Assembly: GCA_951406725.2 (NCBI GenBank)
Contig: OX597821.1
Coordinates: 106,578,001-106,642,000 of the forward strand
DNA from: Octopus vulgaris
Lineage: Eukaryota
Reading direction: 5' to 3'
DNA length: 64,000 nt
Shown here: positions 1 to 13,794 of the stretch, in pieces
Layout: every line of letters starts with the position of its first letter
Position numbering within the stretch: position 1 is the stretch's first letter
The notes under the pieces: model-generated
The model's input: only the letters and a program-made list of their open reading frames with translations
Told to the model about the DNA's origin: nothing
Database searches by the model: none
Made by a program: the position numbers and the translations under genes

Positions 1-331
1 AAATTTCAGCCAATCAGAACGCAACGCGTTCGCTGCTTCTTCCACCAACGGAGCTGTGGGGAACATCGGCATGTCAAAACATTGCTACTTCGCTTGTACA
101 CGCACACTGTACTAACACAGAGTTGAGCGTTCGCTATCTCACTTCTAATGCTCGTCGCACACGCTCACACGCTCACATCTAACATTCGCACACTATTTGC
201 CATTACACGTTCCTTCCTTATTCATCTATCACCCCTTCCTTTTTCATTCATCTATCACCCTTTCCCTTCTCATTCATCTATCACCCCTTCTTTTCTCATT
301 CATATGTTATGACAGAAAAACACAAGACTAT

Positions 332-760
332 TACTCTCTTTACTCTTTACTCTCTTACTTGTTTCAGTCATTTGACTGCGGCCATGCTGGAGCACCGCCT
401 TTAATCGAGCAATTTAACCCCAGGACTTATTCTTTTGTAAGCCCAGTACTTATACTATCGGTCTCTTTTGCCAAACCGCTAAGTAACGGGGACATAAACA
501 CACCAGCATCGGTTGTCAAGCGATGTTGTGGGGGACAAACACAGACACACAAACACACACACACACATATATATATACATATATATACATATATACATAT
601 ATACGACAGGCTTCTTTCAGTTTCCGTCTACCAAATCCACTCAAAAGGCTTTAGTTGGCCCGAGGCTATAGTAGAAGACATTTGCCCAAGGTGCCACGCA
701 GTGGGACTGAATCAGGAACCATGTGGTTGGTAAGCAAGCTACTTGCCACACAGCCACTCC
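332..760 (-). mobile_element. tRNA-derived SINE (Octopus-type family A), near full length
   Basis: Reverse complement starts GGAGTGGCTGTGTGGCAAGTAGCTTG...GGTTCCTGATTCAGTCCC (pol III A/B-box-like), has an internal TA/CA tract and an (AAGAGTA)-like tail; near-identical copies at 11601-11995 and 32236-32652. Confidence 0.85.
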
Positions 761-1611
761 TATAGTAAGAAAGATTATCTTTCTCGTTTCCCCTTCCCCT
801 CATGGTGCGCATGCGCAGCATCTTTGCGTACTATGGAATCAGAGCTATTCGCCACGATAATGTATTAAATTCTTGCTTCTGATTGGCTAAAATAACCAAA
901 GTTTACAAATTGTTATGGCTAAGAACATTTTAACTATAGATTTATGGGGGAAATAAATTTTATTTTCATAATTAATATACATAACTTAATCTGTATAGCA
1001 AATTTGAAAACAATTTGAACGAAATTGGAAACTGTGACGAAGTCCACGTCGAATTTTCAGGATGTAACAGTCTCCATCGTTTCTACCTTTATAATTATTG
1101 AATACTTTAATATCCCTTGCTTCAACAGAAGTGTTAAATTACAGGACACAATTCAAATGCCTTGACACTCCTATGCTGCTTAACTCAAGAAACACAAATC
1201 AAGCCAAAATCTTGAGCTTGAAGAAGCTCTCTTTAAAAGTGCCCTTCACAATTCTTTTTTCAAGAAAAGACCATGTTGTTTAGAGTTTCTTTCAAACTTC
1301 CATTTCATTTTTAAAGAAAAATAGTCAAACAATAAACATTTCAAATTCAAGCTGGACTCTGTTTTCATTTGATATTTGGAAACGAGCAATTCTGAGCACT
1401 GGAAAATGGAGCTCTTTAGAAATAACATATGAAAAGTCTTTTTTCATTTGTATACACACACAAACATATACACGCACTCACACTCACTCACACACACCCA
1501 GACACACACAGACAGACACACAAAGACATGCAGGCATGCACAAATATACATACATATAAATAAACACGTATGTACATATGGATATAAACTCAGATTTATA
1601 TAGAGAGATAT

Positions 1612-1885
1612 CATCATCGTTTAACGTCTGTTTTCCATGGGTTGGACGGTTCAACTGGGGTCTGGGATACCAGAAGGCTGCGCCAGGCCCAGTCTGATCT
1701 GGCAGTGTTTCTACAGCTGGATGCCCTTCCTAACGCCAACCACTCCGTGAATGTAGTGGGTGCTTTTTACGTGCCACCTGCACAGGTGCCAGACGAGGCT
1801 GGCAAACGGCCACGATCGGATGATGCTTTTTACGTACCACCGGCACGGGGTCCAGACGAGGCTGGCAACGGCCACAATCGGATGG
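1612..1885 (-). mobile_element. RTE-clade LINE 3-prime end fragment
   Basis: Closely matches 29010-29270 (3-prime end and CAT-repeat tail of the RTE LINE in this window). Confidence 0.8.
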
Positions 1886-2399
1886 TAGATATATATATAT
1901 ATATATACATAAAATTATGTATATGTGTAAATATAAACATAATTGTTAGTTTTATAAACGTGATTGTGTGTATGAAATCACTTACAATCATGTTTGAATA
2001 TAAGCTATTCATTTATGGATTGACAAGGAACATTAATTAATCTTTAATAAAATCATACCATTAGCGAATTGTATTGAATGTATGTATAAAGGACATCATA
2101 CTGATAAAACATTCACACATGAACTTCACTATTCACAAGCGCATTATATTAAAAGCCAACTGATTCTAAATGACATCCATTACAAATATTGGAAGAATAC
2201 ATTAGGGCGTGGTAAGCATTAGTATATATACAACCAGAATTTATGTTGAATCAAAAATTACTTTCATTATTTGCCGCAGGATTAAATGTTAAGCTAATAT
2301 TCGGACGCTTAGTCCTACAAAATCTATGATGAGATAATTCAGTTTAAGCAGATACCAATATTTTTGGCCTTACCATCTTTACCAAGAATTGTTTCAAAC

Positions 2400-3446
2400 A
2401 TGGAATTATTACATTCAAATGTGGAAGTATGTGACTCGTACAATATAATTACCGATCATTCTAAATCAAATGCGATTAAAGATACTATTCTGAATTCATT
2501 TCTGCTAAAAATTAAAAAGATTTCCATTATGGGATACTTTCCTTATGCGATAAATGTAGAAACGTGGAAAGTTTCTGGAATAAAGACACGAATACTTTAT
2601 ATATTAATCCCATTTGTGTATTTAATTTCTATGATTGATATTATACGTTTGCCTTGGTTTATCATAAAAAACTATTCGAAGGAAAAGCTTGGGCCACTCT
2701 TTGGGAAAAGTTTCCTCCTTTTCCTGAAGGCATATCCATGTATAATTTCAATAAACATGTTTTGGAACAGATTTAATATCAACAGGTTAATCCACGAGTT
2801 CGGTACCTACATTCCAATAAACCAAAATGCTAAATATATGGCTCGATATAACACCATGGGTACATATTTTATCGTTTATAACGCATGCTGTATTGTCGTG
2901 GTGAATTTTGCTCTCTACATCATTATACCTATGACACTGGCAGATCCAGATTTCTTCTTTGATGTCATGGCTTTCCCGATATTACGTGGGAGCGAATTAT
3001 TTTTAATTAGTTTGGTAATTAATTGGATGATAAATTCATTGGTGACAATTTTCCTTGCACCAAACTTTATCTTACTCGTTGGATTACTGTTAATCATGAT
3101 AGATGAGTTTAAAGTTTTATCACAGACACTCCAAGTTTATTTTCCCGAAAACCAAGACGATCATACAAATATATCTCCCACCCAAACTCCTTGCATTGAT
3201 ATATTAGATAAGATAATTAAGCAGCATCGTAAACTTTGTCGCTTACTTAAGATTAACAACAAAGCGTCTTATGTTACGGTCGCCATTACATTTTTTCTGT
3301 CCATTATTACTTGTTGTGTACTAGCTCATGAAATCTCCAATGGATTAATAAATCAGAAAGGATATATAATCCAACTGATTTTTGGAATGGGACTAGCATC
3401 ATCTAGTTTCCTAATGATATCCAAAGGTCTTCAGCTCAATTTCAAT
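2400..3446 (+). CDS. Gustatory-receptor-like (Grl/7TM ion channel) variable exon V1, TM1-TM6, subfamily A
   Basis: 349 codons from ATG 2400 (MELLHSN...) to phase-0 GTAAGT at 3447; six hydrophobic segments; DEFKVLS and HRKLCRLLKINN motifs resemble the Gr IL2/TM5 'H..L.....N'; candidate acceptor TTTGCCGCAG ending 2279. Confidence 0.8.
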
Positions 3447-3789
3447 GTAAGTATTTGGTTTTCAAATTTTCCGCTTCAGTTATATTAAATGCCTATTCGT
3501 TTAGAAACGCGGTTTAAATTCAGGTATTACTCGTCATTTGTGTTTAGTGATGTTAGTGTGAGATGTTACTGTACCTATTTAAACGCCCAACGCTTAACAA
3601 CGTATTGTTGATTGAGTAGAGCAAAAACTTGAAGTTACGTTTGAAGCTTGTTTCGAAACATAACCTCATATTATTTTGTGAATCGTAATAACACGTTCCG
3701 TGATTATTACATACTCAATATTTAGATATATACTCTAAATTCAGGTTCTTCATAGGTTCTATTTCTTCAAGAGTTTTCCATAACAAACC

Positions 3790-4080
3790 CGTGGAAAAAT
3801 ACACACGGGAAGATCCGAGCAATGGTATTGTGATATTGGTAAGGGAGATGGATGCGGGATTTGTCAGAACGCAGACCTTCGCTATTATTCGTAGAAGGGG
3901 TCAAGGGGACATATTCTGACAGTCAAGTACAAAGAAGGCCCTTTGATGAAGGCAAAGAACCTCCTGAAACTGCTGATGCACCCTGCTGAGCTGTTGATGA
4001 TATGCTTTTCCCAGATCAGAAGGATTTATGCCAAGACCTGTTAGACAAAACGCAAAGTACAAGGAGACTTGCCTACAATT
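3790..4080. repeat. Unclassified dispersed repeat, second copy at ~59360-59630
   Basis: Shared words TATTCTGACA, CCCTTTGATGAAGGC, TGCAYCCTGCTGAGC, GATATGCTT in the same order in both copies. Confidence 0.55.
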
Positions 4081-4419
4081 CTTGAAATGTCACACGTATC
4101 GTAAAGAAACAGAAACCGTGATAGTTTTTGTAAGTGCCTCCGGTGAAGATCATGTGATGATGCCCTATATATTTGAATTGGACTTAGCTTCACTTACACT
4201 GCTATGTGAAGCTGCTGGGTGGTGTGTTGATGCCTGGTCGGTGAGGGTTGCAGCTGGAATGCTATGTGTGACCACAGGTTTCTGTTCCTTACGACACCTC
4301 CACAAAGAGTTAGTGGTACGCTATTCGAGTCGCGTGTCTGAATCACATCCTTGTGTAACATGACGGATCTGTAACATGACAGATCATTCGTTTCACATTC
4401 ACCCTACATGAAGCAACGT

Positions 4420-4760
4420 AGACACACATACACACACACTTACATGCACATGCGCACACGCACGCATACTGGCTCACACATGTACACACACGCACATACA
4501 CACAAACACATACACGTACACGCACAATAATACATGCACACGCACACACTGATATGCACACCCACCCATGCACACCCACGCACACACACGCACACACATG
4601 CACACACTGACATGGACACCCACACACGCACGCACACTCTAACAGAAACGCACACGTACACACATACACGCACGAACTCGCACGCGTACTTGCACGCACA
4701 AACGTACACGCCCACGCATACAAACACATACACACACTCTCACACACTCACACACACTTA
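4420..4760. repeat. Degenerate (CA)n/(CACG)n microsatellite
   Basis: Directly visible low-complexity tract. Confidence 0.9.
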
Positions 4761-5063
4761 TATCGAGCCATATTTAGAGTGTTTAGGCCATGTTTAGAGT
4801 GTTGAAATTACGATAGCAAGATCGCGGTTTAAGTCCGTCGAAATAATGGTGACTTGCGTTCCTCACGTTAGCAGAATAAAATCATCTCACGTTGCTCTGC
4901 GATCACTTGGACACCTTACGTGTCGTACACCGTGCAACTCTTTTGACCACAATAACTAAATTATTATGCAGGTCGTTCCGCAAAAACTGAATACTCATAC
5001 GTCGTCTTCGACGGCAGACTCCCTTGTTTATATAAGTATAAATATGTGTGAACGTGTGTATTT

Positions 5064-5109
<46 letters not shown>

Positions 5110-5199
5110 ATATGTGCTTATGCTTGTGTGTCGATGTATAAAGCAAAAAATATGAAGCACAAAATCACACAAAATTGATGAATAATTTCAGAAATTCGT

Positions 5200-5870
5200 T
5201 TCTAACCCAATTTCTCCAAACACTATCAGTTTCACTTTCCGCAGCTTTTGTTCGATAGCTAGACACAATTATTATCAATATGATATTGTTTACTCCCAAT
5301 ATATTGCCAGTGGACATTTCCTGCCCTATTCAAAGCTGTATAAAATTGAAATCATTAATACAATTCTGACTTGATTTTCTTTGTCATTGATAAAGCTTTT
5401 TAACATCTTTTCCTCTGAATTCGACACTTCAGCAATAGTGAAAAAAAATTCCCATTATCAGTTTTAATGTTCTTACCAAAATTATTATAATCATTTTTAT
5501 CATTACGGTCGGTATCATATTTTATTCCTGTTCATTAAAGCGATAATAGACCCGAGATTGGGTTGGGAGTGACCGAATAAGCTGGATTTGTTGCACATTG
5601 AGTAATATTTATGATGTTTGGAGAAGTTTTCTCTCAATAATTTAAAGAATGATCTTGGTAGACCTTTCATTCTTAGCTAAAAGGGAGGGGGGGGCGAACG
5701 AAATTGCCTGACGAATCCAAGATTTTGTATCAAAAGTGGGCTTACGATATGCTGTTTGACTTAGTTTGCCATATGTAAAGCTATTCCCGATTTTATTTAT
5801 ATTTACATTTTTATTTTTATTTTCATACTTATTTCCACCTTCATTTAACATAAACCTAACTTTATAATTC
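5200..5870 (-). mobile_element. Degenerate Penelope-like element fragment
   Basis: Minus-strand translation near 5590-5650 gives ..NFSKHHKYYSMCNK.., resembling the F(P)..H.Y.KIFN linker seen in the PLE copies at 39537 and 42760. Confidence 0.45.
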
Positions 5871-5992
5871 TGTTCATATTTACTATTCTTATTACTGTCA
5901 TCTGTATGTCTATTATCATCCTCATCATCCTCGGTCTCCACATCAGTACTATTATTATTGTTGTTGTTGTTGTTGTTATTATTATTATTATT

Positions 5993-7805
5993 CAGTAGTT
6001 TTATTTTTATATCGTGTTTTCACTTCACTACCGAGCGCAGCTCTGTGTGCCTTGGGTATGTGCTGTGATTTGTTGTGATGCTCTGATGGTTATTGTATGG
6101 AAAGTGTTCTGCGTAGGATGTGTGCAGTGCCTAGTAGTGCAATTTTCTGTATGTTATATGTGTTTGTAAGTCCTGGTGTTTTTGTTATGTATTAGTCTGA
6201 ATATTTTTTTATCATGCCTAATGCACCTACTATGATAGGAATTGTTTCTGTTTTCAGGTTCCACATTCTAGTTACCTCTATTTCCAGGTCTTTGTATTTT
6301 GAGAGTTTCTCCATTTCTTTTAGAGACACGTTGTCATCTGCCGGTATTGATACATCAATTAGAAAGCATTTTTTTCTTCATGATCTCTGACAACTATATC
6401 TGGTCTGTTGGCCTTAATTTCTCTATCTGTGTGTATCGGCATATCCCAGAGTATGGTGGCTTTCTCGTTTTCTGTGACCTTTTCTGGTGTGTGCCTATAC
6501 CATCTTTTTTCTGTTATTATTCCATAATGTTGGCATAGCTTCCAATGTATGTAGGTTCCAACTCTGTCATGTCTATGAATATATTCCTTCTTATCCAGGA
6601 CTGGGCAGCTAGAGATAATATGATTTTTTGTTTCTTGTCCATCTCCACATATTCTGCAGTTACTTGTAATATTTCTTTTCATTACATGTTTTTGGTAATT
6701 TCTGGTGGGGAGGCTTTGGTCTTGTGCTGCAATTAAAAATCCCTCTGTTTCTGCTTTGAGTCCTGAGCTTCTCAACCATTGCTGGGATTTTTCTTTGTCT
6801 ATTTCTTTGCGTTTAGTTTAGTCCAGTATTTACCATGAAGGGCTTTTCTTGCCATCGTTTTATCATGGTTCTTTGCTGTTCTATTTTTAGTTTGGATTTC
6901 ATTTGTTTTATAGCTTTTGTTGTTTCTTCATCATCTTCTTCTTCTTCTTTGTGTTTATTAGGTGGTATGATTTCTTGTTTGTATTTGTCAGCTTCCTTAA
7001 ATACTGAGAACAGTTTTTTGTTTTGCTCGTGTTTTGCTGCTATCTGGATCAGTTTTCCTTCCTTCTGAAGTAGGTATTTTTGCAGTCCTATGGTGGTTAT
7101 TTTATAGTAGTTTTCCAGCTGTATAAGGTCTCTACCACCTTCTATACGTCTATGTCAGATTTTGGGTGATGCATCCTAGATCCTGTCAGTATTTTTCTTG
7201 TTTTCCTATCTATTTTGGACAGTTCATTTCGTGTCCAGTTAAGGATATTGTAGCTGTAACTTATAACTGGGACAGCTAAAGTGTTGATACCTATTATCTT
7301 GTTTTTAGCATTGAGCTCTGTTTTTCGTATTGATCTAACTCGTCTATAATATTCTTTTTTTATTTTCTCTTTCATTTGTGTGTGTTGTGTCTTATCTAGT
7401 TCATGGATTCCTAAGTATTTGTAAGTTTGGCTTTGGTCTAATTCTTTTATTTCATTGGTTTTATCTAGTGTGATGTTGTTACTCTTAACTAGTTTTCCTC
7501 TTTTCATGGTTACTTTGGCGCATTTTTCTAATCCAAATTTCATATCTATTTCTTTGGTAAATCCATGAACTGTCTTTAATAGTGTTTCCAGCTGTTTGTC
7601 ATTTGCAGCGTATAGTTTTAGGTCATCCATATATAAAAGGTGGCTGATCGTTTTGCCGTAACATTTATATCCGCATCCAGTTCTATTTAGCATATCAGAT
7701 AGAGGTGACAGTGCCAAGCAGAAAAGGAGTGGAGAGAGCGTGTCTCCCTGGAATATTCCTCTTCTAATGGGGATGTCTTTGGTTTTCATGAGTCCCTCTT
7801 TTGTT
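5993..7805 (-). mobile_element. R4/Dong-clade non-LTR retrotransposon, 5-prime truncated and frameshifted
   Basis: RT motifs GIFQGDTLSP and YMDD (7142..7789); CCHC knuckle CRIC..H...C, RHD and restriction-like endonuclease RPDIVV (6359..6775); flanked by (TTA)n on both sides. Confidence 0.85.
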
Positions 7806-8011
7806 TATTATTATTATTATTATTATTATTCTATGTTTGACTTTTGCTTTATATTTGTACAAGTTGGCTCCAAGTCTCACCCAGAGACCTCAAGAGACAA
7901 CAGGGTTGGAAGTTCATGTTGTTGTTATGCCTAGTGTGCCATATATTTGGGGGGTGGGGATGTTGTACTAATGAATGTCTAAAAAGAAAACAAAAAGTTT
8001 ATTAAAAAAAG

Positions 8012-8076
<65 letters not shown>

Positions 8077-8120
8077 CATTATTATTATTATTATTATTGT
8101 TGTTATTATTATTATTATTA
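8012..8120. repeat. (TTA)n microsatellite
   Basis: Directly visible. Confidence 0.95.
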
Positions 8121-8149
8121 CTTTTATTTTCAACTTTATCTCATTTATT

Positions 8150-9110
8150 CCTATCATTGTTAAACTTCATTTTATCTGCACTAATATTGGTCGTTATCGA
8201 TTTAATGTTAGCTCCTAGGGGATCGAATAGAGAGTTTCTGCTACCTGTGATCTGTTTCTTATCATCCATGATGCTGGCCAGTTTTGTTTTTAATTTTGTT
8301 TTGTGCGTATATCTAATATTATTAGTAAACCCGCTTTATTTTAAAGCGTTATTGTAGATAGAGACGTATTGATTACAAATGTTTTCATTAGCTGACAGCT
8401 TTGAAACTCTAATGGATATTACAGTTATAATGCTATTGATGGTTGATTTAGGATGATTGGAGGATACATTGATGTACTGGAACGCTTGGTTTGGTTTTCG
8501 AAAAGGGTAGTATAGGTTAGTATTAAGATCAAGAGTGATATCCCTACAAACTGTTACTTTAGGATTATTCTCGAATACAATGTTCAGATTATGAAAGTCT
8601 TTCAAAAACTCCCTTAGCTCTTTATTCAATCTTTCAATCTGAGGATTCGAATGATTAGAGACAATAAACGATGTATCATCACTATAAATTCCTCCAGCGA
8701 GAGATGGAAATGCCGCTTAATCTCGTCCAATAGAAATAATCCAACGATATCCGTTATTTGTGCCGATTCCGGGGATCCTATAGTAATATTGAAGAAGTTA
8801 AAAGAATCTGATGTACACCAGTGCAGTTTTCCGTAATTTATAAGGGTCATTCTAGCTGCTTGGATAATGTCAATATCTAAACCCGATATTTCCACATAAT
8901 TCCGGGCGAAAATAATTTCTCTATTTCATAAGATGGGGGAGATCGAGGTATAGTAATTGGATATATCAAATTGAATAAGCGAAGATGACTCATTATATCT
9001 TAGTGTGTGTAACCAATATATAACGTCATTGGTAGATTCCCATAAGGGGAGCATTGTCTATTCTCTTATAACCGGGATGAATCTATCTAATATGGATTTG
9101 CTGATCTTAC
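8150..9110 (-). mobile_element. Penelope-like element RT fragment (decayed)
   Basis: ITIGSPESAQITDIVGLFLL and YPFRKPN..YINVSSNHPKS match PLE RT motifs seen in the 20788 copy. Confidence 0.8.
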
Positions 9111-9252
9111 TATATATATAGTGAGCATTTACAAAAGAAAAGAAGACGAAGACGGGTGTGTAAACAACAAACAGATGCATTAGTTTAACGCTCGGTAAGT
9201 GAGAAAGTCTGTTAACGTAAGGCTTAGTGGCTAACGATTTATCATGGCGAAT

Positions 9253-9306
<54 letters not shown>

Positions 9307-9528
9307 AGATGCAACAGTAAGCTTTGTCAGTGAACAGGTCGCGGTCTCAAAACGACGAAACTATTTTGACAAATTATATTTAAATGTTGAAGTGAGTCTA
9401 ACGGTTTTGCGTGTTTCTGAAATGGCTTATAAACACCTTCCACGCTGCAGTTGTTTTCGTTCCTGCACACGATCTCAAATCAAGTCACTCTCTATGCAAG
9501 TACACCTCCGTAATATATATATGTATAT

Positions 9529-9616
<88 letters not shown>

Positions 9617-10541
9617 ATGTGTATGTGTATGTGTGTATGCATGTTTATGTAACGAACCTTTGAAACACTGACTGAATTAGTACGTTAGGGGAAATGAAGC
9701 AAATCCCATAAGGAGAATTGTTGTCAAAACTATATACAACATCGGCTAAATACCCATAGAAAATTGAATAATGTGCCGAACAAGTGATTCAAGTCTTGTG
9801 CCTTTGAAACTTTGGCTAAGCACTATGTGCCATTAAGCTATGTGAACATTTGCAACAGATACTATATTTATAAAAGCTAATATCTTAACATTAAAAAAAT
9901 ATTCTCATTCAAGAAATAAAACCACACCCCATTTTTGTAACTGATATGTTTGAACGAGATTTACACCGTAAGATTCTTGCCAATGGTCTTTTTGCATTTA
10001 AACACAATGATTGCAGAGGCGTCTTTAAAAATGCCTTTAATATCTTGAATCAACGTCAATCTGTGGGTTACTTAACATTTGTTCCTCACTGGAACTCACA
10101 GTAGCTTTTGAGAACTCTTGAATATATACACCCATAGCCACGTATAAATGATAGATATACAGTACATATGTAGATATATATTGACTAGTATCACCTTAAT
10201 TACGAAGCGAAATGTGCTTCTCTGTGTAGACCTATGTATATTTATACTTTTTTAATTGTATTTGCTGAAAGAAACCTGGTTACTTAGATTAATTATCGAT
10301 TATACGCTAAAGTAAATGTAGCGTAAATAAAGGCGTGACAATATTTTTATGGAAACTGCATTCATGGATAATAGCATTTATTTTACATCCACTAACGCAG
10401 TAAAGACGGGTTTGAAAACGTTCCGCTGTAGTTCACATGTAATCATTGAGCTTAAGTTCAAATATAAATCTTCTGCCTAGTCTGCTTTCAGGAGAATTTA
10501 GATATTCAAAATTTGTAATAACTTTGCAAGGTCTATCAATT

Positions 10542-11340
10542 ATGGCTGTTTCAGTTACGGAAACATCTGAAACATTAACTAATATTCGGAAATCACATTC
10601 CGTTCAGATAAACATAAACGTCTCTCCAAAAACAGCAAATGAAACGGCATTCTTTGAATATCTGGAGAAAATCAGACGTTTTAAAAGTGTTTGTTCTATT
10701 CCTTCTAAAATGAGCTCAGACATTTGGAAAAGAACTGAGTTGAAAACATGCATTCTTTATCTATATTTCCCTTTCATTTATTTAATCTCAGCGTATGATA
10801 TTTTGCGCTTCATATGGTTTATTGTAGAAAGTTCCTCATCGAATGAGAAATATCTTTTAGGAAAATGTTTTTTCTTTCTGATGAAAATATACCAAGGAAT
10901 ACTATCATTAATCCTTGTCTGGAAGCGAGTACACCTCAACGAAATGATCAGCAATGCTAAAACTTATATTCTAATATGCCCAAGGGATATATTGATGTAG
11001 AGATATATTAAATTTAATTCACATTTCATCGCAATTCAAATAGCTATTTCTGTTGTAATATCTGCTATAATCCAAATTATTTTGCCAATAGTTCTTCTTG
11101 ATCTGGAATATTCTTTAGACGTGGCATTCTTTCCAGTGTCGCGTGAGAAGAATTTCATTTTAATACTGAATTTCTTTACCGATGTATGCAATAGGATATA
11201 TGAAGTACCATGTCTCACATTTTCCACTATAATATTGATAACTGGTATAGAAGAATTTAAATATTTATCACACAAGTTTGGAATCTACATGCAGGAATAT
11301 AAAGACTATGGACTCTTTCAGAATCCTATAAATCTCAATA
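10542..11340 (+). pseudogene. Grl-like variable exon pseudo-V2 (nonsense codon, 3-prime truncated)
   Basis: Homologous to V3 ([30 protein letters not shown]); in-frame TAG at 10998-11000 where paralogs have a Lys codon; homology ends at INLN (~11338) at a SINE insertion; no donor left. Confidence 0.85.
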
Positions 11341-11341
<1 letters not shown>

Positions 11342-11384
<43 letters not shown>

Positions 11385-11553
11385 CATATATACGACGGGC
11401 TTCTTTTCAGTTTCCGTCTACCAAATCCACTCACAAGGCTTTGGTCGGCCCGAGGATATAGTAGAAGACACTTGCCCAAGGTGCCACGCAGTGGGACTGA
11501 ACCCGGAACCATGTGGTTGGTAAACAAGCTGCTTACGACACAGCCACTCCTGC
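11342..11553 (-). mobile_element. SINE family A, 5-prime half
   Basis: Matches the head portion of 332-760. Confidence 0.85.
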
Positions 11554-11600
11554 ATAATATTTTAAGGATATAATTGCATAATATTTTAAGGCTATGAACA

Positions 11601-11995
11601 GGCCCAGGAGTGGCTCTGTGGTAAGTAGCTTGTTTACCAACCACATGGTTCCTGGTTCAGTCCCACTGCGTGGCACCTTGGGCAAGTGTCTTCTACTATA
11701 GCCTCGTGCCGACCAAAGCCTTCTGAGTGGATTTGGTAAATGGAAACTGAAAGAAGCCCGTCGTATATATGTATATATATATGCATGCGTGTGTGTCTTT
11801 GTCCCCCTAGCATTGCTTGACAACCGATGCTGGTGTGTTTAAGTCCCCGTTACTTTGCGGTTCGGCAATAGAGACCGATAGAATAAGTACTGGGCTTACA
11901 AAAGAATAAGTCCCGGTGTCGAGTTGCTCGATTAAAGGCGGTGCTCCGGCATGGCCGCAGTCAAATGACTGAAACAAGTAAAAGAGTAAAAGAGT
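11601..11995 (+). mobile_element. SINE family A, full length
   Basis: GGCCCAGGAGTGGCTCTGTGGTAAG head to AAAGAGTA tail; reverse complement of 332-760. Confidence 0.85.
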
Positions 11996-12261
11996 ATTGT
12001 AACAAAAATGCAATAGTTTATGTTATAATGTTTTTGTAGAGAGTTCACGCTCCTGATCTAGATTTAATTTGGTTCATGCCTCAGATGTAATTATCGGCTA
12101 AATTCCATAGATTATTAACAAAAACAGTGTCTTTAATTAGTACATACCAATTTTTAATCCAATTGAAGAAACAAGAAATAGGGTGGTTAATTTACACTAA
12201 ATTTTAAAAGGGTCTAAAATTCGGTCATAACATTTTTGTCGTATTATTTCTTGCGCTGATA

Positions 12262-12470
12262 GGCGGCGAGCTGGCAGAAACGTTAGCATACCGGGCAAAT
12301 GCTTAGCAGGATTTCGTCTGACTTTACGTTCTGAGTTCAAATTCCGCCGATGTCAACTTTGCCTTTCATTCTTTTGGGGTGGATGTATTAAGTACCAGTT
12401 GCGTACTGCGGTCGATCTAATCGACTAGCCCCTCCCCCAAAATTTCGGGCCTTGTGCCTACAGTAGAAAA
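12262..12470 (+). mobile_element. tRNA-derived SINE family B
   Basis: GGCGGCGAGCTGGCAGAAACGTTAGC...GTTCTGAGTTCAAATTCC (B-box-like); copies at 15059, 56041, 57633. Confidence 0.8.
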
Positions 12471-13002
12471 TATTAGCAGATCTTGAATCCAACATCTATT
12501 TTGTGATTCAGTTTTGAAACCGTCATTCAGAATTTACATATTACGCCGATATTTTTTTTAAAATTAAGTTTCTTAGGCACCACTATAAGCAAGGTAATAG
12601 GTTTATTATATGATGATTCATATTTGTTTCTCCTGTAGGCAACTGGTACCTAATTTATCGACCCCAAAATGATGAAAGGCAAAGTCGACCTCGGCGGAAT
12701 TTGAACACAGAACGTAAATATATGATGATTAATATTATCACACCGAAAAACACGGTACTTGCGGTGTGGTCTCTCGTTTGCTTCAATGAAGTTGAGAAAC
12801 ATTAGTGTCACACAAGCGGGGCAGGACAACTAATAAAGGCAGGATTAATATGAACCACATGTTTCTAGCGTTGAAAATGAGTTTGCTTATAGACAAAGCC
12901 TCTACAGAGATAAAAGCAAAGTTACAGATGCAGACGATGACAAAACCTAAGAACCCAGAGGTAACCTCTGGCCCTAGTGGATGGAAGGGTTTTTATAAGT
13001 AA

Positions 13003-13307
13003 CTAGCAGTATCGTCCGGCGTTGCTCGGTTTTGTAAGGGAAATAACTATATAAGCATATTTAGAGAGTTACTTCCCTTATATAAACCGAGCAAAAAATG
13101 CATTGAAAATGCGAAAAAATGATGGTAATTTTTTTAAAATCGTAGACTCATCGTAGACGCGCGCTAATACCCAGAAGGGCTCGATATGAATCACGACTAT
13201 AAGATACCCGATTTTGGTTAAACTGCACCGCAAAATGTGGGAGTAGTTAGGAATCTAAATCGGAGAAGACAGACTCTCACACACAACTTCAGTTTTATAT
13301 ATAAAGA
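13003..13307 (+). mobile_element. Non-autonomous Helitron/Helentron-like (DINE/Lep1-style) element
   Basis: Begins ACTAGCAGTATCGTCCGGCGTTGCTCGG, ends ...CACACACAACTTCAGTTTTATATATAAAGAT, the usual terminal pattern of such elements. Confidence 0.55.
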
Positions 13308-13639
13308 TTATCTTCATACCACCGAAGGTTAATTAAATGAGATTATTTAGAAGAATAGTTTTTAATTTTAGAGGATGTTACTAGATGTTGGATGGTAAGT
13401 GTTATTGTCGAATACATATACTGTGTATATAGATTTTCTTTAGTTTGGCGAATGATCCCCTGTAAAGTTTGAATCTCATGAACACTATTCAGTGTCCATT
13501 ATTTACATTATTTATATTTGACGGATATTTGTCCTCATCTTGTTTGTTAACACAACGTTTCAGCTGATATACACTCCAGCCTTCATCAGGGGCCTTCAGG
13601 AAATTTCGAACCTGGGTTCTCATTCCTAAGGTATTTTAC

Positions 13640-13750
13640 GATGTTGTTGTTGTTGCTTTTGTTGTTGTTGTTGTTGTTCTTCTTCTTCTTCTTCTTCTTC
13701 TTCTTCTTCTTCTTCTTCTTCTTCTTCTTCTTCTTCTAATAATAATAATA

Positions 13751-13793
<43 letters not shown>
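13640..13793. repeat. Compound (GTT)n(CTT)n(AAT)n(GAT)n microsatellite
   Basis: Directly visible. Confidence 0.95.

Positions 13794-13794
<1 letters not shown>

Noticed and set aside
197-733. 178-aa ORF and similar ORFs at 11318, 11533, 32416
   Set aside because: Translations of SINE sequence and microsatellites
1-1050. Inverted AGCCAATCAGAA words at 8 and 877 as a CCAAT promoter or MITE
   Set aside because: Too short, and the element is cut by the window edge; cannot be classified
4343-5178. Many [16 protein letters not shown] ORFs here and throughout the window
   Set aside because: Stop-free frames of (TA)n, (CA)n, (TACA)n and (GATA)n repeats, not genes
10998-11000. UAG in V2 rescued by A-to-I editing to Trp
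   Set aside because: The copy also lacks TM5-TM6 and the donor, so read-through would not restore it
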